From assembly GCA_050951545.1 (NCBI GenBank), contig JBMNJG010000005.1, forward strand, positions 256,001-320,000: a stretch of DNA of 64,000 nucleotides. The letters are read 5' to 3'. Position numbers and translations under genes: made by a program. The notes under the pieces are model-generated. The model was not told the origin of the DNA and did no database searches. It saw nothing but the letters and a program-made list of their open reading frames with translations. This DNA comes from Limnochordia bacterium. GTDB lineage: Bacteria > Bacillota > Limnochordia > DTU080. This document shows positions 39,085 through 49,638 of this stretch, piece after piece. The first letter of the stretch is position 1; each line of letters opens with the position of its first letter.

Positions 39085-39217
39085 ATTAGAGGACGTGCCA
39101 TGGGAGCCAGGAGACAGATGCAGCGTAAGGCTGGAGGTGATTCATCCGTTTCGGTACCGCTTTGTCCATGCACTGACACCAGTCGGTCATCAACCCGCTA
39201 GACAGGGAGGGTCTATC

Positions 39218-40522
39218 ATGAGAAGAAGGAAGAACATCGCCGTCGTAGTACTGGGGATGCTGATCGCAATGCTGCTGTCCGCTTCTATGGCCGAGGCCCT
39301 GACTAAGGTGGCATTCTTGGGGCGAAGCAATCAGAATCTGATGAAACCCATTCGTGAGATCGTTGGGCGTTTCAACCAAGCCAATGCGGGCCAAGTCCAG
39401 GTCGACATCCTTGAAGCATCGGCGGGCTCCCAGGTATTAGAGCAGCTGGGTGTTCTTCGCCTATCCGGCGACTCCCCAGACATAGTGTTCACCGCCGTTG
39501 AGACGTTAGACATGATCATGAACGGGATGATCGTTCCCGTTGATCCGTTTGTGGCCAAGGATCCCAAGTGGCTGGATGATTTCTTCCCGGATGTTGTCGA
39601 TACGCTCAGGCTGCGTGGCAAGCTGTGGGGCGTGCCTATCGGCTTCTCCATGAGCTGGGGAATCCTGTACAATCAGTCTTTGTTGGATTCCGCGGCGCTG
39701 CCCACGCCACCAGAGGGATGGAACTGGGATGACTTTGTCGCCTTAGGCAAGAAACTAACACATGACACTGACGGGGATGGCACTCCCGAAATATGGGGTG
39801 CGGGGTCGCACGACAACAACGTCTGGTGGGACGGGTGGCTTCTGCAGAATCGAAGCACCTTCTTTGACTGGGATAGGAGCGAATGGCTGCCCGAGCCAAC
39901 TCGTGCCGTCGAAGCCCTAGAGTTTCACGCCTCACTAATCCGGGATCACAGGATCGCTCCTCGCCAGAACCCACTAGCGATCATGCAGCAAGGCAAAGTA
40001 GGCTTGTTCGCGATCCAGGCACCGGACATCCCTTTCACCCTGAGAGCTGGCATCGGGCTCGAAAGAGACTTGCGAGGGACACATCTCCCGGTCCAGGGTT
40101 CCCGAAAAATGCAGGCCAAGAGCTGGAGTCTCTTCCTCGCCAACACCGGGGATGCCAAGCGTACTGCTGCAGCTTGGGAGTTCATGAAGTTCGCCCTCGA
40201 ACCGGACAACCTACTCACCTACAGTGAGTCCGCTGGACACGCACCTCCCAGACGCTCCATCATCGCGAGTCGACAGTACATGAACGAATTACGACAGACT
40301 GGACGAGGTCCGCAGATCGACTTCTGGTATCCCGAACTGGCCGCATATGGCATGGGTACCGTGTTCCCACCTGCACGAGGCGACTTCTTGCGGCTATCCC
40401 TTAGTGAGCTGAACCGCGTGCTCGATGCGCAGATTCCGGCCCGGTCAGCCATTCATGAGATTAAGCGAATCATGGACCCGATTACCACCAAACTGCTCGA
40501 AATTCTCAATCAGATACAGTGA
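39218..40522 (+). CDS. ABC transporter sugar-binding protein (SBP family 1)
   Basis: GGGAGG RBS before ATG 39218; signal peptide AEA/L; SGDSPDIV, ILYNQSLLD, WNWDDF, AAWEFMKF. Confidence 0.87.
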   Translation: MRRRKNIAVVVLGMLIAMLLSASMAEALTKVAFLGRSNQNLMKPIREIVGRFNQANAGQVQVDILEASAGSQVLEQLGVLRLSGDSPDIVFTAVETLDMIMNGMIVPVDPFVAKDPKWLDDFFPDVVDTLRLRGKLWGVPIGFSMSWGILYNQSLLDSAALPTPPEGWNWDDFVALGKKLTHDTDGDGTPEIWGAGSHDNNVWWDGWLLQNRSTFFDWDRSEWLPEPTRAVEALEFHASLIRDHRIAPRQNPLAIMQQGKVGLFAIQAPDIPFTLRAGIGLERDLRGTHLPVQGSRKMQAKSWSLFLANTGDAKRTAAAWEFMKFALEPDNLLTYSESAGHAPPRRSIIASRQYMNELRQTGRGPQIDFWYPELAAYGMGTVFPPARGDFLRLSLSELNRVLDAQIPARSAIHEIKRIMDPITTKLLEILNQIQ

Positions 40523-40593
40523 ACCTAGCCGCCGACGTGGACCGTTGGCTGAAATAGCCTATCAAGGTAAAGGCTGGGAATGGGGGATTCTAG

Positions 40594-42069
40594 ATGCTAC
40601 GTGTGAGGTCTACTGGTTCTCTCGGAGGCAACCTCGCCACCTACACATTCATCGACGTCGCTATGACCGAGGAATGCGACAATGTGGAACGGGTGGTCAT
40701 GAGGGCTACCAAGGCCAAGACGAATCCAGTCCTGGTGCCTGATCGCCCATGGGAAGGTCTCAATGCACGGGTCTACGGTACTGTCATCTTCGACGATGAG
40801 GAACAGCTGTTCAAGATGTGGTATATCTCACATCATCATCCTGACCGCGAGGTATACAACCTCTACGCGTACTCAGAAGACGGTATGAACTGGATCAAAC
40901 CTGAGCTAGGAATTGTCAACTATAAGGGATGCCCGGCTAACAACATTTTCGCGGTAGAGAGCCGTGTCGGCATGCACATCCCATCTGTCATCAAACTGCC
41001 CGACGCTCCGCCAGATCAGCGATACCTCTGCTTTGCCTACCACAAGGGGGGCCTGAACCTATTCCACTCACCCGATGGTGTTCATTGGCAGGCTCATGGG
41101 AATAACCCTGTCCTTCCGGCCTTTGGAGACGTATGGCACGTTGTCTATGACGAGAAGACCGACTCATTCCTCGCCACAGGGAAGGTACCTACAGAGGCTG
41201 GACGCTCCGTTGCTGTAAGTATCAGCACCGACGGGATCAACTGGGACCCCGCGAACCAGCTGGTCCTCAAGGGCACACAGCGTGATCACTGGCTCGGCCT
41301 GACCGCTGCTGCGGGCCTTTGGTGGACCCCTCCGCTCGGCAACCAGCCCGTTCTCGATGAAGATCAGGATCCGTACCGTGCGAAGCAGTTTGGCGGCCAA
41401 ATATACGGTATGCCGGCTTTTCCGTACGCGGATATGTACGTGGGCTTGGTGTGGGCATACCAAAGTGATGCCCTCATGGAAACACAGCTGGCGTGGAGTC
41501 GTGATCGTCTCACATGGTGTCGCGATCCACGTCGCACAACTATCATTGAGCGAGGATACCAGGGATCCTTCGACTCCAAGATGATCATGGGGACCGCTAC
41601 TCGTCCCCTCATCGTCAATGACGAGATCTGGCTGTACTACGGTGGGTTCGACGTGAGGCATCATTACCCGATTACCGCTGAATCACCCTGGAAGGGGGCA
41701 GCCGTGGGCTTGGCCAAGTGGCGTCTGGATGGCTTTGTGGCACTGGTCAACGCGGCTGGCCACAACCCCCGATTGGTCACATCCGGGCGACCGGGGTCCG
41801 CCCTGACCCAGGCAGTTCCCGTGGTTGGCGACCGTCTCTCGGTGAACGTTGACTCTAGCGACGGAGAGCTCCGTGTGGAAGTCTGCGATGGCGATAGCGG
41901 ACAGGCCATCCCAGGATTCTCTCCACAAGAGTGTAAACCGATCGTGATAGACTCCACCGCGACTACAGTGTGCTGGCAGCACGGCGATCTGCGTGCGCTG
42001 AAAGGCCGCCACGTCCGGCTCCGCTTTCACCTATCAAACGCGTGGCTCTATTCGTTCAGCTTCCGCTAG
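40594..42069 (+). CDS. Five-bladed beta-propeller glycosidase-like protein (GH32/43/130 clan-like) with C-terminal beta-sandwich
   Basis: NPVLVPDRPWE, FKMWY, Asp-box repeats YSEDGMNW / SPDGVHW / STDGINW / WSRDRLTW, EIWLYYGG, WRLDGFV, LRFHL...LYSF. Confidence 0.65.
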   Translation: MLRVRSTGSLGGNLATYTFIDVAMTEECDNVERVVMRATKAKTNPVLVPDRPWEGLNARVYGTVIFDDEEQLFKMWYISHHHPDREVYNLYAYSEDGMNWIKPELGIVNYKGCPANNIFAVESRVGMHIPSVIKLPDAPPDQRYLCFAYHKGGLNLFHSPDGVHWQAHGNNPVLPAFGDVWHVVYDEKTDSFLATGKVPTEAGRSVAVSISTDGINWDPANQLVLKGTQRDHWLGLTAAAGLWWTPPLGNQPVLDEDQDPYRAKQFGGQIYGMPAFPYADMYVGLVWAYQSDALMETQLAWSRDRLTWCRDPRRTTIIERGYQGSFDSKMIMGTATRPLIVNDEIWLYYGGFDVRHHYPITAESPWKGAAVGLAKWRLDGFVALVNAAGHNPRLVTSGRPGSALTQAVPVVGDRLSVNVDSSDGELRVEVCDGDSGQAIPGFSPQECKPIVIDSTATTVCWQHGDLRALKGRHVRLRFHLSNAWLYSFSFR

Positions 42070-42112
42070 AGTCCCATCACCCAAAGCACGACAGACGGGA
42101 GATGCTACCGCC

Positions 42113-43045
42113 ATGGTACGCCAACCAATAGGCCCCATCAACGCCGCGACACCCACGCCTCTGAAACCCGACGGAACGCTGGACCGAGCCTCAGCCCTGC
42201 GGCTGTGCAGGCGTTGGCTCGATATTGACCTCGACGGTGTGTTTCTCTTAGGCAGCATGGGCGAAGGTCCTTACCTACCTGAGGGTGTCCGCGACGCTTT
42301 CCTTGAGCTCGCTTTGGATCAGGTAGGAGGCAAGTTGGCCCTGTTTGCCAGCGTGGCCGATCTGTCCCGCGAACGTATGCACGACAGGGCAGTACGCTAT
42401 GCCCGCATGGGTGTGGATCGAGTGATCCTCTTGGCTCCACCGGGGAGCGACCCTGCCAAAGCGGTGGCAGACGTCAAGTGGCTGGCCGATGCCTGTTCGG
42501 TGCCGTGTGGTTACTACGAGGTTCCCACGAACACCAATGTCGCCCTGACCATAGCTCAAATCATTGAGATCCTCACTCACGAGAACATCACCGTGTTCAA
42601 AGACTCGAGCAACAACCCCTTGCTGGCACAGCACATGGCGTCGGAAGCAGTCCGTAGTACGAGTGTGGTTGCGCTCGACGGATCGGAGTTTCGCACGGCG
42701 TTCTCTGCGGCCTTGGGCTACGACGGGGTGCTCCATGGCGGGGCAGTGTTAACGGCAAGGCGCGTACGCCGAATCTGGGAGGCTGCTCTGCGCGGCCTCC
42801 TGGAGGAAGCCATCCGTCTCGATAGGGAAAACTCCTTGTTCTTGGCTTCAGTGTATGACCGCGTAATCTCCCGGTCACGGGCCATCATTGGCCAGAAGTA
42901 TGCTCTGAAGCTACTCGAAGTGTTTGATCATGAGCATGTCGTGCTAGATCAGTATCTGGACGAGGCTGCCCAGAAACGCATAGTCGAAACAGTAGAAGCC
43001 AACCGAAATTGGCTAGCCGCTTCTGGGGATTCCCTGCACAGCTAA
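42113..43045 (+). CDS. Dihydrodipicolinate synthase/N-acetylneuraminate lyase family aldolase
   Basis: PTPLKPDGTLD, GVFLLGSMGE, YYEVP, FKDSS (Schiff-base Lys). Confidence 0.85.
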   Translation: MVRQPIGPINAATPTPLKPDGTLDRASALRLCRRWLDIDLDGVFLLGSMGEGPYLPEGVRDAFLELALDQVGGKLALFASVADLSRERMHDRAVRYARMGVDRVILLAPPGSDPAKAVADVKWLADACSVPCGYYEVPTNTNVALTIAQIIEILTHENITVFKDSSNNPLLAQHMASEAVRSTSVVALDGSEFRTAFSAALGYDGVLHGGAVLTARRVRRIWEAALRGLLEEAIRLDRENSLFLASVYDRVISRSRAIIGQKYALKLLEVFDHEHVVLDQYLDEAAQKRIVETVEANRNWLAASGDSLHS

Positions 43046-43146
43046 TCCGCTCGGATCTTTCCCAGCCCAAGAGGATCTGACTAATGCTGGCTGAATGTTA
43101 TACGCGAAAACCAGCGACCACAAAAGGTATGGGAGGTGCCAGTATC

Positions 43147-44412
43147 ATGCATCGTAGGGTAGGCATGCTTTTCATTGTGGCTAGCATGGTCTTAGCGTTT
43201 TCGCTCACGATCCAGGCCAAGACAACCATCAAGTATCAGTACAACTGGTATGCCATCACGACCCCAGGGTACAGTGAAGCCTTTCAGCTAATGGTGGACA
43301 CCTTTAACCGCTCTCAAGACAACATCTTCGTCGACGGTTTTGTGGTCCAAGGTGGCGACCAGAAGCTGCTAACAGCTATTGCTGGTGGCGTACACGCAGA
43401 CGTAGTACACTTTGAGGCTTCCTCAGTGATCGAGTGGGTGGCGCAGGGCCTCGTGGAACCCATCGACGATGTCTTCTCTGTGCAAGACATCCGTCGCGAC
43501 TACTATCCCGCCGAAGCCGCCGAGGTCGTCTGGAATGGACGCGTCTGGGCCATTCCAGGATATGCGAATGCTCGCGGCCTATTCTGGAACGTAGATATCT
43601 TCGACGAAGTAGGTATGGACAGCTCACGAGCCCCGGTGGGCATCACGGGCCTGGAAGAACTCGCCCGCAAAGCACTCAAGACAGATGCGGATGGTCGCAT
43701 CATCCGCCTCGGGTTTGCGCCATGGTTGGGAGGGTTCTACCCTGCGGGTTGGTTCTGGAGCTTCGGCGGCGAGATCTACGACCCATCTACGGGTCTGCCT
43801 ACCCTCGAGAACGAGTTGAACGTACGCGCATGGGACTGGGTACAAGATTGGGCACAGCGCTATCCGCCTGGCCAGTACAGCCTGACAGCCCAACGTGCAT
43901 CCGGCTTTGCTGGTAATTTCATGGATCGCTCGCTAGCAGCCGTCATTGCCGCAGACAACTCTGTGAGAACCTATACCACCGTAGCCCCCGACCTTACCTT
44001 CCGTACTGGCGAAGTCCCCCACGCCGAAGGCGGGCGCAACGGAACCTGGGGCGGCGGAGTGGGGCACATCATCCCCAGGGGTACCAAGTACCCCAAGGAA
44101 GCCAAGGAGTTCATGCGCTGGATCGCTACGGAAGGCCAGTGGATCCTCTACCAGCAGCTAAACGAGTTTCCACCACGCCGATCGCTAGCCGACCGCGTGG
44201 TACGCTCGCTTGACCGCAATGATTTGCGCCTCCCCTTATTCACGCAAATGGAGGTGCGCAACCCGCGTCCTCCACTGTGGGCAAACGTTATTCGCAAACT
44301 GATCTCTGCTGAAAGTGCCCAGGTGATCACCGGGCGAGCCAATCCCCGGGAAGTGCTTGCGAATCTGCAGCGCGAGGTTCTTCCTTTGTACAAGGCCTTG
44401 CAGTCAGACTGA
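43147..44412 (+). CDS. ABC transporter sugar-binding protein (SBP family 1)
   Basis: GGGAGGTG RBS; signal peptide IQA/K; KLLTAIAGG, LFWNVDIFDEVG, EAKEFMRWI. Confidence 0.88.
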   Translation: MHRRVGMLFIVASMVLAFSLTIQAKTTIKYQYNWYAITTPGYSEAFQLMVDTFNRSQDNIFVDGFVVQGGDQKLLTAIAGGVHADVVHFEASSVIEWVAQGLVEPIDDVFSVQDIRRDYYPAEAAEVVWNGRVWAIPGYANARGLFWNVDIFDEVGMDSSRAPVGITGLEELARKALKTDADGRIIRLGFAPWLGGFYPAGWFWSFGGEIYDPSTGLPTLENELNVRAWDWVQDWAQRYPPGQYSLTAQRASGFAGNFMDRSLAAVIAADNSVRTYTTVAPDLTFRTGEVPHAEGGRNGTWGGGVGHIIPRGTKYPKEAKEFMRWIATEGQWILYQQLNEFPPRRSLADRVVRSLDRNDLRLPLFTQMEVRNPRPPLWANVIRKLISAESAQVITGRANPREVLANLQREVLPLYKALQSD

Positions 44413-44471
44413 CCCTGGAGCGGTCGAACCCGTGCGTCGCTACCCATCACAGCGACGCACGGTGCTCACAC

Positions 44472-45551
44472 TCAGTGATTCACTGGAAGCTCCCGCCGGT
44501 CTTTCCCGCGTCGGATGTTTTCCCTTCCTCCATAGCGGTAGGGGATGCGATCCACCACAGGTAGGAGTGCAGGAAATGCCCTATGCGGCTCACTCTGGTA
44601 CCAATACGCTACACTCGTCCAGTCACCGGAACGGTCATTGCCATGACCATGCTCCATAGAGAACAGAAGCGACTTGCTGAAGTATACCGGGTCTTCGATG
44701 TGGTAGCGATACATCGAGTGCTTGCCTGTGTAGTCATCGTTGCCTTTGAACACGTACCCAAAGTACGGGGTACAGAACGTTTGCCGTAGCAGATTATAGT
44801 TCCAGGCACCGCAGAAATAGTCTTCCATGCCTGTCCCGTGTAAAGACGGGGGCCACGCCTCTCCGTCGATGAAGAACATATCATCGCCTTCGCCCCACCA
44901 CCCAGGCTCGTTCGTGTCTAGATCGATGTGGCAGCCAACGTAGTGCCCCCGCCCCTCAGCCTCTAATACGACGTAGTTATCTTGGCCCGTCAGGTTCACA
45001 GGGCCAGTGGCGCCGCGGGTCCATGTCCCGACTGGCGCATCAGCCTTCACAACCAGCTGCCGCCGCCATTGGGCGTGAAAGCGTCCCAGGTCCTGAACAT
45101 CCGTGCCCTCCTGGTAATCCACATAGAAGTAGAGTATGGCGTCTTTCTCGCCCTGGTTCTCCACAGTAATCCGCCCGCGCTCAGCAAAAGGCATAGGGAA
45201 CCAGCAGTTAAACGCCCTGTGAAACATCTGCAGCGGGGCAGAGCTGAAGTATGTGACAGTGGCATGCCCCAATCCGAAGAAGTCTCCAATTGGGCACTCC
45301 ACACTGGGGGATTTCTCGTCATCCCAATACATGCGCAACACCAGGTTGCGCAAATGGAAATCCTCGCCGCTGGCTATTGTCACCCATATGTGCCGTATAC
45401 AGCCCGGGCCCGCCATGTCAGCCAGAGTACACGTCTCTCCGGCCTTCATCACCCAGTTGTCCGTGTTACCGCCAGTGGTATCCCAACTCGATACCCGCCG
45501 TGATCTTACGGTTCGCAACCGAGCCAAGTCTGACAACGCGCCATCCATCAA
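44472..45551 (-). CDS. DUF2961 / GH172 family glycoside hydrolase
   Basis: SSWDTTGGNTD, GPGCIRHIWVT, LRMYWDDE..PSVECPIGDFFG, WWGEGDDMFFIDGE, GTGMEDYF, YRYHIEDP, EHGHGN, SVAYWYQ. Confidence 0.9.
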   Translation of the reverse strand: MMDGALSDLARLRTVRSRRVSSWDTTGGNTDNWVMKAGETCTLADMAGPGCIRHIWVTIASGEDFHLRNLVLRMYWDDEKSPSVECPIGDFFGLGHATVTYFSSAPLQMFHRAFNCWFPMPFAERGRITVENQGEKDAILYFYVDYQEGTDVQDLGRFHAQWRRQLVVKADAPVGTWTRGATGPVNLTGQDNYVVLEAEGRGHYVGCHIDLDTNEPGWWGEGDDMFFIDGEAWPPSLHGTGMEDYFCGAWNYNLLRQTFCTPYFGYVFKGNDDYTGKHSMYRYHIEDPVYFSKSLLFSMEHGHGNDRSGDWTSVAYWYQSEPHRAFPALLPVVDRIPYRYGGRENIRRGKDRRELPVNH

Positions 45552-45599
45552 TACCCCTCCAAGCGCATTTTTCTGGGTCCCGGGTACGTCTTTCCCCTG

Positions 45600-46805
45600 T
45601 CAGTCCTCCATCATCTCCCGGATTTTCGCCTGTATGACCCCTTCCATGGACGGATGAAACGACGAAGGTAGGCCGAAGTACCTACAGGAACTATGCGTCT
45701 CATAGCCGCCTTCTTCGAACATATGTGCAGTGGGGATGTAGGCCACTACTGCGTTAGCGTAGCCCACTGGTAGCGCATAGGCTCCCGGTCTGAGCTGCTT
45801 CACGAAATGACCGTACTCAACCACTGGCTCTCCGCCTAAGCCTACCAGAGAGACCTCCTTAGCCAGGTCCAGCCGCTGGAGAGGTAGGCCGACGTACTCC
45901 CCTTCTTTCTCCAGTGGCAGGCTTGCCTGATCCAGCCGGCCCAGCAGCGCAGGGGCAAAGCTGTCCTGAGCGGTGTGCACCAGATGAACCACATGTGCAC
46001 CCAAGGCTGCACCAAAGGCCTTGAGGTCTTCGCTTTGGCCGCTTCGGAACCGCTGACCTCCTACGAAAGTGCAGTTCGAGCGCACGTCACCACAACAGCC
46101 CTGCAAGAAGCCAGCCACGGCCCCGGGTAAGGCTCTCTCTACATAGCGCCTCGCTTCAGCTGGGTAGTCACCAGAGATGCCGTAGCCACTGACTGTGGAC
46201 GCGTGGCAAGTGAAATGGAAGAGAACCGCCAGGACTTCGCCACTCTGGGGATCGTGAAAGGCCAGCGTGGTCACTTCATCGTCTCGAATTCCCTCGGGAT
46301 TTGGTGCCATACCCATCTCACCGTTGATACGGCGACGACGGTTAATGGCATACCCCCCCTCGAGAGCACCTCGCCCAGCCTTCAATACAGCCCTGCGGAT
46401 GCTGTCTTTGGCATCAGTTGCCGCCTCTAGACACTGCCGCCGCAAACGGGTCAGATACTCGGGGTCGATAGCTCCGGTATCGATCAGATTCTCCAAGGCC
46501 TGCGGCCCGCAGTGGGTGTGACTGGCAGCAAGCAACACACTACCGGGCTTGATACCGAAAGATCCAGCCAGGTCTTCGCGTACCTGTGCCGCAAACCTCG
46601 CACCGATGCCAATCAGATCGGCGCAGATGACACAAACTGGTCCGGCCTCGTTGCCTTCGGCATCTACCCAAAACACCCTCAGCTCGAGGTCATCGCGTAC
46701 ACTGTCTGCTCCATGCTCACGCCCCGCGAAACCCGCCATAGCGGTTCCCAACGCAGGTGTGATGATGGCTTTTCCCGTTCCGATCAAGAATTGACTGCAG
46801 CTCAT
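45600..46805 (-). CDS. Neutral/alkaline non-lysosomal ceramidase N-terminal-domain protein
   Basis: ITP..GTAMAGF, VRDDL, ASHTHCGP, INRR, FTCHAS, ISGDYP, FLQGCCGD, GYAN...YIP...EGGYE. Confidence 0.85.
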   Translation of the reverse strand: MSCSQFLIGTGKAIITPALGTAMAGFAGREHGADSVRDDLELRVFWVDAEGNEAGPVCVICADLIGIGARFAAQVREDLAGSFGIKPGSVLLAASHTHCGPQALENLIDTGAIDPEYLTRLRRQCLEAATDAKDSIRRAVLKAGRGALEGGYAINRRRRINGEMGMAPNPEGIRDDEVTTLAFHDPQSGEVLAVLFHFTCHASTVSGYGISGDYPAEARRYVERALPGAVAGFLQGCCGDVRSNCTFVGGQRFRSGQSEDLKAFGAALGAHVVHLVHTAQDSFAPALLGRLDQASLPLEKEGEYVGLPLQRLDLAKEVSLVGLGGEPVVEYGHFVKQLRPGAYALPVGYANAVVAYIPTAHMFEEGGYETHSSCRYFGLPSSFHPSMEGVIQAKIREMMED

Positions 46806-47053
46806 CCTCCGGCCTCCCAGTCCGTTGCTCACCAGCTTCTATTTCGAGCACTAAGGGTGTATTTACGCTTTCGACCGCGATCACCTCCTCCCCAGACAAT
46901 GATGTGATGCTGCACGGGCATGTCCGCAAACAGCCCGGACGGCTCCAGCAACTGTTGAAAAGGGGGCCATGTATGCACGTGGAATGTCTCAGTAAATAGC
47001 TCCCGCAGTCTCTTCCCACGGCGCGTGCAGTAAGTCATTGGAGGGTCGGAAAA

Positions 47054-49591
47054 ATGAAAAGCAGAGTGTCCACGAGGCTCGCGCACAAAGGAACTCCGCT
47101 CCCCTTGTCCGTTGCCGTCTTCATCGTGCTCCTCGGCATGTGCACAGGAATAGCCCTTGCCCAGGTAGACACGCTCCAGGGAACTGTCTTGGTCCATGCA
47201 CCTGAGACTCGGACAGGAGCCATCACGATTCGAACACAGGTGACCCTTCCTGAAAGCTGCGAAGATGCTGTCGAAGGCATATGGCTGGCCGGCCTGGCTG
47301 CGGAACCGGGAGAAGCGCCAACCGCCCTCGCCCTCACCTGGAGCCAAATCGAAGGTGGTTGGTTCGGACCCATCTGGGGGCTGCAGCTGGCAGGCGATGC
47401 TCGATTGCTCCGTGGCGTTTTCCCCCCTAAGCGTGGAGAAGAGGGATTCTTGGCTGGTACGGATTACGTAGCGTTGGCCTCGAGAGCACCGGAATGGGGT
47501 CATGTCTATGAGGCCTCGTTAGGCTACAATCCTCAGGACGGATCGGTCAGCGTCTCGGTCGATGACCTGACTGCAAATCGGGTCATCATCAGTGACGGCT
47601 ACCAGTTTGAACCAGTGACCCCTGTGCAGTGGCTGCCCAGTGCTGGTGTGACGTACAGAAGTGGTGCGACGGTAGCTGATCCCGTATCTTTCCGGATTGT
47701 CGATATCCTGGATGTGCACCTGCCCGCAGGTATCACGATCTGGCTCACTCAGCAGGATGTAGATGGCCAGTTCCGTCCGGTTGACGCCATCGATCGACGC
47801 GAGACATCCTCCCTTTTGCTACGTATGCCCTGGAAGGAGCTAGCTGGCAGTCTGTGCTTCGTGCTCGATGACGGTGAGCAGTCCCAACAGTTGCAGACTA
47901 TCTCGCAACCGAGCGATGACACCTACTACCCTCTCGATCTGAGGCATGTCCCCACTGGCAAGTTTCAATTGACAGCCCATTATGTTGAAAACGACCGTTC
48001 CTGGCAGCTCGTACAACGCGATCTGGCTGTCGGCGAGATTTCACTTCTTTTGACTGATCTACAGGGCAGGCAGACCCCAGACCACTCACTTGTCATCACG
48101 GGGCGTCTAGCAGTAGCGAGCGACGGCCCGATTGGCAGTCTGGTATCTGGAGTTGCGGTCGAGCTGACCAAACACGATTTCGGCATGACCAGAGGGGCTG
48201 GGTCAGGTGCGATTGGCTCGGAGGTCCTGGAGGCAAGCATCGTGATCAACAAGCAAATTCTCCAGATCAACGACGCTGGCCTGACCGAATTGCCCTTTGA
48301 GGCATGCATAGCATTGCCGGAGGATGCCGATGAATGCGTCTGGCAGGTCACGCTGCGCCCCTTCGTGACACCGGAGACGGTGGCCGTGAAGAGCCGAGTT
48401 GCGGACCTTTGGATTGGTAAGCCCGCACGCCCTCGGGCATGGACAGGCTTTCTGGAAGAGGAAACAGCCAGGCATATACCCGTAGCGCCCGGAGTTGATG
48501 CCTACCAGATAAGCGGTCAAATCGGTGCGGGTGCCCTTCAAATGTGCATGTTGGAGGTAAACCTGACCCACCCAGGTGTTGAAGCGAATTCGCTTGTAGG
48601 CAGCCAGTTTACGGCGGGTGCCGCTGTACGCTTTCCGCGGTCGCAGGTAAGCCAAATGGTGAAAAGCACCGGGGCAGTCGCTGGAGTAAACGCGTCGTTC
48701 TTCGAGATCAGCAGTACCATGCTGCCGTTGGGCATGCTGATCCGCTCGTGGGATCTGCTCAGAAGTCCCGACCCCGAGAACCGAGGTGTAGTGGGCATCG
48801 GCGATGACGGGCGAGCCTATATCGGCGTATGGCGTTGGCGCGGCTTCGTGTCCCGTCCAAATGGTACTCGTATCCAACTGAGTCGCGTCAACACAGCGAA
48901 ACTAAACCCGAACGAGACTGGGCTCTATCGTGCACCGTTTCTGCTCAGTCCTGGGGTTCAGTCAGCAGGTGGCGGTGGTCAAGTGACCGAGATAGTACTC
49001 CGCAAGGTGCAGCCGACATCGCCAGGCCATCTGCATGGGGTGGTGGCCGAAGTGCGCCGCAATCAGCCCGGGGTATACATTGACGCCGATGCCATAGTGG
49101 TTACGGGACGCGATGGCGCCGCTGAGCAGCTGGCTGCCGTAGACGTAGGCGAAGAAGTCGAGATCCTCTATACCCTGACTGGAGACGCTAAGTGGCCAGG
49201 GCTGCCTGCCACCGACCAGCTCAAGGCCGCCGCCAGCGGCGGTGTGGTCCTTGTGAAGAACGGCCTGTATGGCGACCCGGCAGTGCACACAGACGCAAAC
49301 CGTCACCCGCGGACGGTGGCTGCTGTCAGCTCAGATCGGAAAACGCTCTACCTCTTTGTGGTGGACGGTCGCTCAAAAGCTAGTGTGGGTATGACCTACA
49401 AGGAGATGGCGGACCTCTTCCTGTACATGGGGGCCTTTGAAGCCCTCAACCTAGACGGGGGCGGATCGTCAACATTGGTCACTATGCCAGAAGGCTCGTC
49501 GACGCCCCGGGCGATCAACACGCCCTCCGACGGCCAAGAGCGCTTCGTACCAGATGGGGTGGGTGTTTTCTATCGTCGGGAACAGAACTAG
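47054..49591 (+). CDS. Secreted phosphodiester glycosidase (NAGPA) family protein with large N-terminal extension
   Basis: Signal peptide ALA/Q; AVAGVNASFF, RHPRTVAA, VVDGRS..SVGMT, ALNLDGGGSSTL, NTPSDGQER. Confidence 0.85.
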   Translation: MKSRVSTRLAHKGTPLPLSVAVFIVLLGMCTGIALAQVDTLQGTVLVHAPETRTGAITIRTQVTLPESCEDAVEGIWLAGLAAEPGEAPTALALTWSQIEGGWFGPIWGLQLAGDARLLRGVFPPKRGEEGFLAGTDYVALASRAPEWGHVYEASLGYNPQDGSVSVSVDDLTANRVIISDGYQFEPVTPVQWLPSAGVTYRSGATVADPVSFRIVDILDVHLPAGITIWLTQQDVDGQFRPVDAIDRRETSSLLLRMPWKELAGSLCFVLDDGEQSQQLQTISQPSDDTYYPLDLRHVPTGKFQLTAHYVENDRSWQLVQRDLAVGEISLLLTDLQGRQTPDHSLVITGRLAVASDGPIGSLVSGVAVELTKHDFGMTRGAGSGAIGSEVLEASIVINKQILQINDAGLTELPFEACIALPEDADECVWQVTLRPFVTPETVAVKSRVADLWIGKPARPRAWTGFLEEETARHIPVAPGVDAYQISGQIGAGALQMCMLEVNLTHPGVEANSLVGSQFTAGAAVRFPRSQVSQMVKSTGAVAGVNASFFEISSTMLPLGMLIRSWDLLRSPDPENRGVVGIGDDGRAYIGVWRWRGFVSRPNGTRIQLSRVNTAKLNPNETGLYRAPFLLSPGVQSAGGGGQVTEIVLRKVQPTSPGHLHGVVAEVRRNQPGVYIDADAIVVTGRDGAAEQLAAVDVGEEVEILYTLTGDAKWPGLPATDQLKAAASGGVVLVKNGLYGDPAVHTDANRHPRTVAAVSSDRKTLYLFVVDGRSKASVGMTYKEMADLFLYMGAFEALNLDGGGSSTLVTMPEGSSTPRAINTPSDGQERFVPDGVGVFYRREQN

Positions 49592-49638
49592 GCTACTGAT
49601 GGGTACCCGCATTCACAACAGCCAGGAGGTAGCATGAG

